A stretch of DNA of 64,000 bases from Bacteroidota bacterium (GTDB lineage: Bacteria; Bacteroidota; Bacteroidia; Flavobacteriales_D; Sanyastnellaceae). Below the pieces are notes generated by a model. The model ran no database searches and had not been told where the DNA came from. It worked only from the letters and a program-made list of their open reading frames with translations. This document shows, piece after piece, positions 1 through 8,519 of this stretch; position 1 is the first letter of the stretch; each line of letters opens with the position of its first letter. The translations under genes were made by a program, and so were the position numbers. The stretch is taken from NCBI GenBank assembly GCA_027624855.1, contig JAQBTQ010000012.1, forward strand, positions 1,724 to 65,723, in the 5' to 3' direction.

Positions 1-420
1 AATCGCTTCGGCTTGAGAGCGACTGATTCTTCCATATGGAGGGCGAAATAATGGCTCATTCACCAGTTGTTGGCACTTCAAATAACTCCTGAAGTATTCC
101 GCATTTGAAGCACTCCAGCCGGATTCATGAGCGAATGTATGATTGCCGATTAAGTGACCCATTGACTTCAGTTCAGCAACGACGTCAGGGTACTTTAGGA
201 CATTCGACCCCACACAAAAAAACGTTGCCTTAACCTCGTACTCTTCCAACATCCGGAGCACCTGACGTGTGATGACTGGATGAGGGCCATCGTCAAAAGT
301 CAAATAAACGGCCGGCTCTCCATTGACATACGCTGGTCCGCTCCAGGTCAATTGAGAAGCCAGGGCTTTAATTAATGGAGGGGTCTGCCGCAAATACACC
401 GCGCAAAGATACCGCGCCAA
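1..420 (-). CDS. Polysaccharide deacetylase (NodB/CE4 family); C-terminal part runs off the window edge
   Basis: Reverse-strand translation reads ...PAVYLTFDDGPHPVITRQVLRMLEEYEVKATFFCVGSNVLKYPDVVAELKSMGHLIGNHTFAHES... This contains NodB motif 1 (TFDDG) and motif 2 (H-T-x-x-H). There is no in-frame ATG after the upstream stop, so the start is probably TTG at 420 or GTG at 399. It is absent from the ORF track because it is truncated. Confidence 0.6.
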   Translation of the reverse strand, partial: MARYLCAVYLRQTPPLIKALASQLTWSGPAYVNGEPAVYLTFDDGPHPVITRQVLRMLEEYEVKATFFCVGSNVLKYPDVVAELKSMGHLIGNHTFAHESGWSASNAEYFRSYLKCQQLVNEPLFRPPYGRISRSQAEAI

Positions 421-425
421 CCCAC

Positions 426-433
426 TACCTTTG
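426..433 (+). promoter_or_regulatory. Bacteroidota -7 promoter box (TAnnTTTG) upstream of leuS
   Basis: TACCTTTG lies 20 nt upstream of the leuS ATG at 454 and matches the sigma-A -7 consensus TAnnTTTG. Confidence 0.4.
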
Positions 434-453
434 CGGCGAATTCGGCTAGAGAA

Positions 454-3264
454 ATGGAATACGATTTTAAATCAATCGAACGTCGTTGGCAATCCGCCTG
501 GAGTCGCACCAATGCTTATCAAGTAAAGGAAGACCCCAATCGATCCAAGTACTATGTGCTGGACATGTTTCCTTATCCTTCTGGCGCCGGCTTGCACGTT
601 GGACACCCCCTGGGATACATCGCCAGTGACGTTTTTTCCCGATACAAACGCCACAAAGGTTTCAATGTCTTGCACCCAATGGGATATGATAGCTTCGGTC
701 TTCCGGCAGAACAATATGCCATACAAACAGGCCAACATCCTGCAGTAACGACCGAAGCCAATATCTCTCGATACCGGGAACAGCTCGAACAACTGGGGTT
801 TTGTTTTGACTGGTCAAGAGAAGTTCGGACAAGCAATCCCGAATATTACAAGTGGACCCAATGGATCTTTGCCGAATTGTTTGAGTCATGGTATGACGTC
901 AATGAGCAGCAGGCGAAGCCCATCGGGCTATTGATCGAAAGACTTGAAAATGAAGGATTGGCGCATGCCCAACCTCATTCTGATGCCAAATGGTGGGAAA
1001 ATCTATCAGATGGCGTGACATATCCTTGGGGGGCAACGTTTGACGGAAACCTGACGGCAGCTCACTGGAACGCATGCAACGAAAAGGCTCAATCTGAGAT
1101 TTTGATGCAGTTCCGCCTTGCTTACCTGGCCGATAGTGAGGTGAATTGGTGCCCCAACTTGGGAACGGTCTTAGCGAACGACGAAGTTAAAGACGGACTG
1201 AGCGAGCGTGGCGGACATCCGGTCGTTCGAAAAACCATGCGTCAGTGGATCATGAGGATTTCGGCCTTTGCCGAGCGGTTATTGGAAGACCTGAACGAAC
1301 TGAACTGGACTGACAGCATCAAAGAGGCGCAACGAAATTGGATTGGCAGAAGCGAGGGTGCATTGGTGCATTTTCCAATTGAAGGGATTCCGTACCAAAA
1401 CATCGACGTTTTTACCACACGCCCAGACACCATTTATGGGGTCAGCTTCATGGTACTTGCTCCTGAACATCCGTTGGTCCATGTCGTAACCAGCGATGCT
1501 TGTCGACCTGCGGTGGAGGCCTATCAAAAAGCGGCATCACTCAAGTCAGAGAGAGAGCGACAAGGAGCGGGGGAGACAAAAGTGACAGGATGTGAAACTG
1601 GAGGATTTGCCGTCCATCCTTTCACAGGAGCGAAAATTCCAATCTGGATTGCCGATTATGTATTAGCGGGGTACGGCACCGGTGCCATCATGGCAGTGCC
1701 CGCTGGTGACGAACGCGATTGGAATTTCGCAAAACAGTTCAATCTCCCGATTCCAGCTATTTTCAATGGAGTGGACACCGATTCTGCTGTTTACGCTGAA
1801 AAAGAAGCGACCTTGAAATCCAGCGAATTGCTCAACGGATTAACACCCCACGAAGCCATCCCTCAAGCGATTGAAATACTCGAGTCCAAAGGGCTGGGGT
1901 CGGGTCGGGTCAATTATCGATTGCGCGACGCAGTATTCAGTCGACAGCGCTATTGGGGTGAACCATTCCCGATTTACTATGAAGATGACCTGCCCAAGCT
2001 GATCCGCGATGAACAAGTCACTTTACCCGCGGTCGACGCTTACTTGCCCACTGAAGAAGGTGACCCTCCTCTAGCCAGAGCCAACAAAGATGCTTGGAGC
2101 GTAATGCGAGGAGACCGAATGGAATACAATACCATGCCCGGTTGGGCCGGTTCAAGTTGGTATTTCTTGCGCTACATGGACCCCAAAAATCCCGATGAAT
2201 TTTGCAGTCGAGAGAAATCCGATTACTGGGGTCAAGTTGACTTGTACATCGGAGGAGCTGAGCACACCACCGGGCATCTCCTGTATGCCCGATTTTGGAC
2301 CAAGTTCCTTTTCGATCGAGGGTGGATAGGATTTCATGAGCCGTTTAAACAAATGATCAACCAAGGGATGATTTTGGGGCGATCGAATTTTGTTTATCGC
2401 ATCCAAGGAACCAATCAGTTCGTGACTTACGAAAAAAGAAAAGCATACACGACTCAACGGCTACATGTCGATATCAATTTGGTGCAATCGGATAAATTGG
2501 ATTTAGAGGGGTTCCGCAATTGGCGACCAGAATATGCCAATGCCACGTTTATCCTGAATGATTCAGAGGAATATACCTGTGGGCATGAAGTAGAAAAAAT
2601 GTCCAAATCCAAATTCAACGTTCAAACACCAGATGAATTGGTTGAGCGTTACGGAGCGGACACCCTTCGTTGCTATGAAATGTTCTTGGGCCCGCTTACA
2701 CAGCACAAGCCATGGGATACCCAAGGCATCAGTGGCGTGCACAATTTCCTCCGCAAAACGCACCGCTTGTTCCGAGAAGCGAATGGCCAAACTGCCAACG
2801 AAGATGGGTTGCGAATTCTCCATAAAACCATCAAGAAAGTCACTGATGACCTGGAACGTCATGCGTTTAATACGGTCATCAGTGCGTTGATGATTGGTGT
2901 CAATGAATTACTAGAAATTGGTGGTAACCAGCACGAAATTCTTCGACCATTGGCCATCTTGGTGAGTCCTGTCGCACCGCACCTCGCTGAGGAATTGTGG
3001 AATATGACTGGACAAAACGATTCCATTTTGGATCAACCATGGCCAGAGGCAGAGGAGAAATGGTTGATATCCGATCAAGTGACGTATCCCATTTCTTTCA
3101 ACGGAAAGGTTCGATTCAAGATAGAAGTTGCCGCTGAATGCGATGCTCCAACCATAGAAAAAATGGTCTTGGCGCATGAAAAAACACAACAACAACTCGA
3201 AGGCAAAACAATTCGAAAAGTCATCGTGGTTCCAGGCCGCATCGTGAACATCGTTGCGAATTGA
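454..3264 (+). CDS. leuS: Leucine--tRNA ligase
   Basis: 936-aa ORF with the class I HIGH motif (PYPSGAGLHVGHPLGY) and KMSKS motif (VEKMSKSKFN). The N-terminal YYVLDMFPYPSG and the overall length are typical of LeuRS. Confidence 0.97.
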   Translation: MEYDFKSIERRWQSAWSRTNAYQVKEDPNRSKYYVLDMFPYPSGAGLHVGHPLGYIASDVFSRYKRHKGFNVLHPMGYDSFGLPAEQYAIQTGQHPAVTTEANISRYREQLEQLGFCFDWSREVRTSNPEYYKWTQWIFAELFESWYDVNEQQAKPIGLLIERLENEGLAHAQPHSDAKWWENLSDGVTYPWGATFDGNLTAAHWNACNEKAQSEILMQFRLAYLADSEVNWCPNLGTVLANDEVKDGLSERGGHPVVRKTMRQWIMRISAFAERLLEDLNELNWTDSIKEAQRNWIGRSEGALVHFPIEGIPYQNIDVFTTRPDTIYGVSFMVLAPEHPLVHVVTSDACRPAVEAYQKAASLKSERERQGAGETKVTGCETGGFAVHPFTGAKIPIWIADYVLAGYGTGAIMAVPAGDERDWNFAKQFNLPIPAIFNGVDTDSAVYAEKEATLKSSELLNGLTPHEAIPQAIEILESKGLGSGRVNYRLRDAVFSRQRYWGEPFPIYYEDDLPKLIRDEQVTLPAVDAYLPTEEGDPPLARANKDAWSVMRGDRMEYNTMPGWAGSSWYFLRYMDPKNPDEFCSREKSDYWGQVDLYIGGAEHTTGHLLYARFWTKFLFDRGWIGFHEPFKQMINQGMILGRSNFVYRIQGTNQFVTYEKRKAYTTQRLHVDINLVQSDKLDLEGFRNWRPEYANATFILNDSEEYTCGHEVEKMSKSKFNVQTPDELVERYGADTLRCYEMFLGPLTQHKPWDTQGISGVHNFLRKTHRLFREANGQTANEDGLRILHKTIKKVTDDLERHAFNTVISALMIGVNELLEIGGNQHEILRPLAILVSPVAPHLAEELWNMTGQNDSILDQPWPEAEEKWLISDQVTYPISFNGKVRFKIEVAAECDAPTIEKMVLAHEKTQQQLEGKTIRKVIVVPGRIVNIVAN

Positions 3265-3385
3265 CCGTTTATTTGTTAAAAGACGGTGTTTATCCTTTGT
3301 TTTGGGTGATTTATCTTGATTATTCAGGAAAAATTTAAGACCTTGTTAAGTCAAACCGAGCGGTTTGTGTTAACCAAATCTGTCC

Positions 3386-5293
3386 ATGGCACCGTCCATA
3401 CGCTTGAACCTTCAATTGATTGCTCACGTACTCGTGATCACTTGCTCAATTGGAATCATCCACGCACAGACAGACATCCCAGGCTGTACCGATGTTTGGG
3501 CTTGCAACTACAACCCTCAGGCAACGGAATCTGATGGCTCTTGTGATTACCAATCATGCATTGGATGCACGAATGCCTATGCATGCAACTTCGACCCCAA
3601 TGCCATTTACTATGACAATTCATGCGAGTATGTGAGTTGCGTCGGCTGCATGTCGATCGAAGCCTGCAACTTTGACCCAAACGCCTTGATTCCCAATCAG
3701 GCAAGTTGTGACTTCGAAAGTTGCGTTGGCTGCACTGATTTCACAGCATGCACTTTCGATCCAGAAGCGACCTTATCAGATCCCAACCTGTGCGTCTACC
3801 CGTTACCGAATGAAGATTGCGATGGAAATCCCACAGGATGTGGAGGTTGCGAACCTCAATTCATTTCCGATTTTCCGACACTAAGTTTTGGGTGTGCGGA
3901 TGAAATGCCACTCACAACTCAGGACACCGTCATTGCCGTCTCCGGGTGTTCAGGAGATACGTTGGATGTCGGTTCTTTTGTTGTAGATGCCACTCAAGAT
4001 TATGTGATCAATGTCGGAACGACTGCGGATGGGATTGGCCCTGATGGCGCCATTCGGGTGTTTGGTCTGACAGCCCTGGGTCTTGCAAATTCAGACTATT
4101 TCGTTGAGAGCTATCCACTCATTGTTTCGCGATATGCCAATGGCATCGCCGTCATCACGGGTCAGGTGCAAAACGTACTCAATCCCAATTTGAAATGGAC
4201 GGTTCATATGGTATTGGAAGACGAAACCAACGCTTTTGACTGGGTCGCCGAAAGCCCATTAAACGGTTTCGTAGCGGCATATGGATGTCAAATCGACACC
4301 TCCAGTACAACGACGTATCGGCTGGTTTCAGAAAACTCATACCTCATCGGAGACGGAGGATACGAAGGGTCATTTCTGCAACTTTCTCACATGCCGCTCA
4401 ATGAAAGCAAACGTTTTCAGCTGGGAATGGGAGGCAATAGCGTCAATTGTAATTATGGATTGGGAGGTTGGTTTTCTTGGAATGGACAGGTCCTGGGCCA
4501 GCCCGTGAATGGAATGACTGGGGACTTGGTAATCGATCTCGAATCCGACATTCAAGTTGCCGTACAATGCGGCAACGAGATGGTCATTCATTTTCACCAT
4601 GCAATGAATACGGAATGCGGTCAATTTACTGAGGCCCTTCAAATCTTCATGCTCAACGATACAACAGCTCCCGTATGGAACGACTCGGCTTGCGAGAATG
4701 AGCTCATCCTCTGTTTTGATGCTGCTGGTGGGGTCGATTTGCCACCCCCATGCGAGTTTGCGTTTGAGGACGAATGCGGTGAATTGGTCAGCACCTCCAT
4801 TTCAGAAGTCATTCTAGAGGGAGACCCCAACTTGTCGCCAGAAACACCGTTTACAATTGAGCGCGTCTACACGGGGACAGATTGCTCAGGCAATGTTTCT
4901 AGCTTCACTCAAATCGTAGTCTACGAAGGAGCGCCGTGTGCTTCGGGCATTCAATTAAATGATCTTCATTTCGAAGCTGTTAAGGGTTCACAGAATGGGA
5001 TGGAGAAACCTGTGAAAGCGTGGATGCCAGCGGCACCACTTATCAAATTGTATCCAAACCCTACCAACAATCATTCTATCCTCGAATTAGCGCTTCCAGA
5101 TCCCAAGCAAAACGTACGCGTTGAAGTGTTCAATTTAGCCGGCCAAAAAGTATTCGAACTGGAAGACTCCGGTAAGGAAAATCAGATTATCAGGCGAATC
5201 CAATTGAATGGTAACTCCCTTTCTCCAGGATGTTATGTCATTCACGTTAATTCGAATTCCGTTCAGTCCATTGAACGTTGGATCATCGAATAA
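3386..5293 (+). CDS. Secreted multidomain protein: signal peptide, four tandem Cys-rich modules, a large unassigned domain and a T9SS C-terminal sorting domain
   Basis: The N-terminus is hydrophobic and ends ...IIHAQ. There are four repeats of the G-C-T-D-x2-A-C-N-Y/F-D-P-x-A...C-x-Y/F-x-S-C type. The C-terminus (LYPNPTNNHSILEL...VEVFNLAGQKVFE...GCYVIHVNS) resembles a Por/T9SS type A tail. Confidence 0.8.
   Translation: MAPSIRLNLQLIAHVLVITCSIGIIHAQTDIPGCTDVWACNYNPQATESDGSCDYQSCIGCTNAYACNFDPNAIYYDNSCEYVSCVGCMSIEACNFDPNALIPNQASCDFESCVGCTDFTACTFDPEATLSDPNLCVYPLPNEDCDGNPTGCGGCEPQFISDFPTLSFGCADEMPLTTQDTVIAVSGCSGDTLDVGSFVVDATQDYVINVGTTADGIGPDGAIRVFGLTALGLANSDYFVESYPLIVSRYANGIAVITGQVQNVLNPNLKWTVHMVLEDETNAFDWVAESPLNGFVAAYGCQIDTSSTTTYRLVSENSYLIGDGGYEGSFLQLSHMPLNESKRFQLGMGGNSVNCNYGLGGWFSWNGQVLGQPVNGMTGDLVIDLESDIQVAVQCGNEMVIHFHHAMNTECGQFTEALQIFMLNDTTAPVWNDSACENELILCFDAAGGVDLPPPCEFAFEDECGELVSTSISEVILEGDPNLSPETPFTIERVYTGTDCSGNVSSFTQIVVYEGAPCASGIQLNDLHFEAVKGSQNGMEKPVKAWMPAAPLIKLYPNPTNNHSILELALPDPKQNVRVEVFNLAGQKVFELEDSGKENQIIRRIQLNGNSLSPGCYVIHVNSNSVQSIERWIIE
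3482..3799 (+). repeat. Four tandem ~27-aa Cys-rich modules (coding repeat)
   Basis: The four copies are GCTDVWACNYNPQATESDGSCDYQSC, GCTNAYACNFDPNAIYYDNSCEYVSC, GCMSIEACNFDPNALIPNQASCDFESC and GCTDFTACTFDPEATLSDPNLCVY. The same module recurs in the M43 protease at 46808-47710. Confidence 0.85.
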
Positions 5294-5379
5294 CCCGACC
5301 CTTTGAATCCAAGACTTGTGGACGAGTCAATTCTGTGTTGACCGTTGGTTTGTAAATTGGTAGTATCAAAATCTCAATT

Positions 5380-6573
5380 ATGTTGAAGCCCATTGTTTCC
5401 CTGTTGTTCACCATCTCCCTGTTTTTGTTTAGCAATATCCTGCGAGCCCAATCCACTGAAACTGGAGGGCTTCCGTACAATCCGGATAGCGACTCCAATG
5501 GAATCATTGATGTCAATGATCTCCTCGTTTTCCTCCCATATTATGGCGCCAACTTTAATCCGGAAGGAGCCATCCCCATTGCGCTTGGAGGCACCAGTGC
5601 TACAACGGCCGCTGCAGCTCGGGATTCCCTTCAACTTTCATCCATACAAGACTCTACCATCGGCGCTGAGCAATACGCTTGGGTTTCACAATCCTTGCGA
5701 GTTCAACAAGAATTTGCCCAAGGGTATGGAGTGACTGCAACAGGCACCTACGCTCATGCCTCTGGAACGAATACCACAGCAAGTGGTGCATACAGCCATG
5801 CACAAAATCGCCTTTCTGTCGCCAGCGCCACTTGCGCGAGTGCAGAAGGTGAAGGAACCACCGCAAGCGGAACAGCGAGTCACGCGGAAGGGATGTTAAG
5901 TCAAGCTACAGCACTCACTGCCCATGCCGAAGGGTACAATACCGATGCGACTTCCAGCTATGCACATTCGGAGGGCTACGGAACGTTAGCAGGAAGTACA
6001 GCGGCTCACGCAGAAGGCTATCTATCAGATGCCTTGGGTTTGTATTCACATGCAGAAGGCCGGCAAACTGAGGCAGGAGGCTCCGCCTCTCACGCGGAAG
6101 GACAAGATGCCATTTCATCTGGTGACGTCTCCCATGCAGAAGGATTTCAAACCATTGCAGATGGTTATGCCAGTCATGCAGGAGGTTATGGAAGCATTGC
6201 TGCTGGACTCTACAGCCGGTCGGTTGGAAGAAACTGCACCTCCACAGGCACAGCTTCATTCTCTTCAGGATTTGGAGTGGTAGCCGACCAAGAAAACAGC
6301 TTGGCACTAGGCCAATTCAATCAATTAGGAGTGACGGGGACCCTGTTCGCCATTGGAAATGGGCAATCGGATGATATGCGTTCCAACGCATTCGAAGTTC
6401 ACTCTTCAGGCGATGCTGTAGTGCATGGGGACGCCATCATCGACGGCACCGTCTTATCCAATGGTGTTGATCTCAATGAACAAATCACCATGCTCGCTGC
6501 GACCATTGATTCCCTCCAAACCATCATCGCTGCGATGCAAGCCCAAATCGATGGGTTAACGGGAGGCGAATAA
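5380..6573 (+). CDS. Secreted YadA-head-like (Hep_Hag-type) repeat protein with an N-terminal dockerin-like loop and a C-terminal coiled coil
   Basis: Signal peptide ends ...NILRAQ, followed by DSDSNGIIDVNDLLVFLPYYG. At least 13 units with a strict 14-residue period follow (xxSHAEGxxTxAxG). The C-terminus has LFAIGNGQSDDMRSNAFEVHSSGD and the heptad-like tail NEQITMLAATIDSLQTIIAAMQAQIDGL. There is no beta-barrel anchor and no T9SS tail. Confidence 0.8.
   Translation: MLKPIVSLLFTISLFLFSNILRAQSTETGGLPYNPDSDSNGIIDVNDLLVFLPYYGANFNPEGAIPIALGGTSATTAAAARDSLQLSSIQDSTIGAEQYAWVSQSLRVQQEFAQGYGVTATGTYAHASGTNTTASGAYSHAQNRLSVASATCASAEGEGTTASGTASHAEGMLSQATALTAHAEGYNTDATSSYAHSEGYGTLAGSTAAHAEGYLSDALGLYSHAEGRQTEAGGSASHAEGQDAISSGDVSHAEGFQTIADGYASHAGGYGSIAAGLYSRSVGRNCTSTGTASFSSGFGVVADQENSLALGQFNQLGVTGTLFAIGNGQSDDMRSNAFEVHSSGDAVVHGDAIIDGTVLSNGVDLNEQITMLAATIDSLQTIIAAMQAQIDGLTGGE
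5722..6279 (+). repeat. 42-nt (14-aa) periodic coding repeat, SHAEG-type
   Basis: His or an equivalent residue falls at protein positions 126, 140, (154), 168, 182, 196, 210, 224, 238, 252 and 266, exactly 14 apart. The repeat degenerates at 280 and 294. Confidence 0.85.
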
Positions 6574-6590
6574 CCCTCGATATTAGTGTC

Positions 6591-6624
6591 AATAAAAAAA
6601 TCCCCAGCAATCGCTGAGGATTTT
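6591..6624 (-). terminator. Putative rho-independent terminator after tRNA-Gln, possibly also serving the convergent + strand gene
   Basis: Hairpin AAAATCC-C-CAGC-AATC-GCTG-A-GGATTTT at 6597-6624. On the minus strand it is followed by a T-run (the A-run at 6594-6600 on the + strand). It begins 3 nt after the tRNA 3' end. Confidence 0.45.
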
Positions 6625-6626
6625 CG

Positions 6627-6697
6627 TTCCCCGACCAGGACTCGAACCTGGAAAAACGGCACCAAAAACCGGTGTGTTACCATTACACCATCGGGGA
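6627..6697 (-). tRNA. tRNA-Gln (anticodon TTG)
   Basis: The reverse complement TCCCCGA-TG-GTGT-AATGGTA-ACAC-A-CCGGT-TTTTGGT-GCCGT-TTTT-CCAGG-TTCGAGT-CCTGG-TCGGGGA-A folds as a 71-nt cloverleaf. The acceptor stem has 7 bp, the T-loop is TTCGAGT, and the anticodon loop has U33 and TTG at positions 34-36. The anticodon stem has one C-U mismatch. CCA is not encoded. Confidence 0.85.
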
Positions 6698-6729
6698 GTG
6701 CCTAGAGGTTTTTAACCAGAAAGCGAGCG

Positions 6730-6737
6730 CAAAGATA
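6730..6737 (-). promoter_or_regulatory. -7 promoter box (TATCTTTG) for tRNA-Gln
   Basis: TATCTTTG on the minus strand lies about 32 nt upstream of the tRNA 5' end. Confidence 0.4.
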
Positions 6738-6790
6738 AAAAGGATTTCTTGAAATAGAAGCAATCATCTTCGTTCAATTATCTTGGGAAC

Positions 6791-8242
6791 ATGATTCAAA
6801 TCAGCAACTTGATTGGTGGGCAATTTGAAGATCCAATTGACGGAATGTGGATGCCCAATGTGGAACCTGCCACGGGAACTGCCTATGGAAGAATCCCTCG
6901 CTCCAATGCCAAGGATGTAGAAAGAGCGGTTCAGTGCGCAGAATCCGCTTGGCCCATCTGGTCAAGCACACCCGTGGAGGAACGAAGCGCATGCCTTCGT
7001 CGATGGGCACAGTGCATTGCTGAAAATGCCGAAGAATTGATTCATCTTGAATCTCGGGACAACGGAAAGCCGATATCACTTGCGCAGTCTGTTGACATTC
7101 CGCGAGCTCAAAAGAACCTCGAGTTCTTCGCTGGAGCGATAGAACACTTTGCATCTGAAGCGCACATTCCAGCCGGGGCCACACACATCCATTATACCCA
7201 TAGAAAATCCATTGGTATCGTTGGGTGCATTTCTCCGTGGAATCTTCCTCTGTATCTGTTTACTTGGAAAATCGCGCCGGCCCTTGCTGCTGGAAATTGC
7301 GTCATTGCAAAGCCCTCTGAAATTACGCCCATGACCGCGTGGATGTTGTCAAAATGGGCGAAAGAAGCCGGGTTTCCCGATGGGGTATTCAATGTGCTTC
7401 ATGGATTGGGAAACGAGGTAGGACAAGCCATTGTCGAGCATCCAAAAATCAAAGCCATCTCTTTTACTGGAGGAACTCAAACCGGGGCACATATTGCACG
7501 CACTACAGCTGGACAGTTTAAGAAGTTGAGCTTGGAATTAGGGGGTAAAAACCCGGCAATTGTTTTTGCAGATTGTGATTTTGAATCTGCAGTTTCTACA
7601 ACCGTTCGGTCATCTTTTGCGAATCAGGGTCAAATTTGTCTGTGTTCCTCGAGAATTTTAATTGAAGAGAGCATCTATGACGCTTTCCGCGATGCATTGG
7701 TTGAAAAAGCCAGCCGAATCATTCCCAGCGACCCAATGGAACCCACGACCAAAATGGGTGCCGTGGTTTCCGAGGACCACCGGAACAAAATCCTCAGTTA
7801 CATCCAATCCGCCAAAGAGCAAGGTGGTTCCATACTATGCGGCGGGGAAGTGGCTCCAAGCCCGAACGACCGCTGTAAGAATGGTTTTTTCGTGCAACCA
7901 ACCATTATTGAAGGACTTGGGGCTGATTGCTCAATCAATCAAGAAGAAATTTTTGGCCCAGTCATCACCTTGCAACGGTTTTCGAGCGAAACTGAAGCAG
8001 TGGATTTAGCAAACAACAGTGATTACGGATTGGCATGTACGATTTGGACCCGTGACGTAAGTCGTGCACACCGTGTCGCTTCTCAAGTGGAAAGCGGTAT
8101 CGCTTGGATCAATTGTTGGTTGGTACGGGACTTAAGGACCCCATTTGGCGGGGTGAAATCGAGTGGAGTCGGAAGAGAAGGGGGATTTGAAGCGTTGCGC
8201 TTTTTTACTGAAGCACAAAACGTCTGCATTCCGACGAATTAG
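6791..8242 (+). CDS. NAD(P)-dependent aldehyde dehydrogenase family protein
   Basis: 483-aa ORF with the catalytic Glu motif LELGGKNP, the catalytic Cys motif FANQGQICLCSSR, and FTGGTQTG. The specific substrate cannot be assigned from the sequence. Confidence 0.92.
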   Translation: MIQISNLIGGQFEDPIDGMWMPNVEPATGTAYGRIPRSNAKDVERAVQCAESAWPIWSSTPVEERSACLRRWAQCIAENAEELIHLESRDNGKPISLAQSVDIPRAQKNLEFFAGAIEHFASEAHIPAGATHIHYTHRKSIGIVGCISPWNLPLYLFTWKIAPALAAGNCVIAKPSEITPMTAWMLSKWAKEAGFPDGVFNVLHGLGNEVGQAIVEHPKIKAISFTGGTQTGAHIARTTAGQFKKLSLELGGKNPAIVFADCDFESAVSTTVRSSFANQGQICLCSSRILIEESIYDAFRDALVEKASRIIPSDPMEPTTKMGAVVSEDHRNKILSYIQSAKEQGGSILCGGEVAPSPNDRCKNGFFVQPTIIEGLGADCSINQEEIFGPVITLQRFSSETEAVDLANNSDYGLACTIWTRDVSRAHRVASQVESGIAWINCWLVRDLRTPFGGVKSSGVGREGGFEALRFFTEAQNVCIPTN

Positions 8243-8519
8243 AAAATCGAGTCTTGATAACCCCCGTCGAAGAACTGTTCTGAACGTTCTAAATGCACCT
8301 TGTTTCCGTTTGTGAAGAACCAACCGAAGTAGCGGTCAAACCACATTGTCATATCACGGAGTCTAGATTGCATTTTGTCGTGTTTCGAGGGACAAATTAG
8401 TATAGCGCGAACACTTTTTCAACGCTTCAATCTTGAAAAATGTTTTGTCCCATCATGGATTTTTATCGGAAACCTAGCACCTTCGGAGGCTAGGCGTGAA
8501 CACACGGCATCAAAATTTT

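Noticed and set aside
472-3195. Numerous 60-130-aa ORFs antisense to, or out of frame within, leuS. The same pattern occurs inside every other large gene (for example 5915-6307, 6801-7184, 22163-22699, 25724-26086, 42683-43078, 43343-43855, 53726-54082).
   Set aside because: They lie entirely within long ORFs that carry clear family motifs. They have no motifs of their own and look like frame shadows.
5722-6279. A 42-nt periodic DNA repeat that could be mistaken for a non-coding tandem repeat or CRISPR-like array.
   Set aside because: The periodicity is at the protein level within one long ORF, the units are divergent at the DNA level, and there is no spacer/repeat structure.
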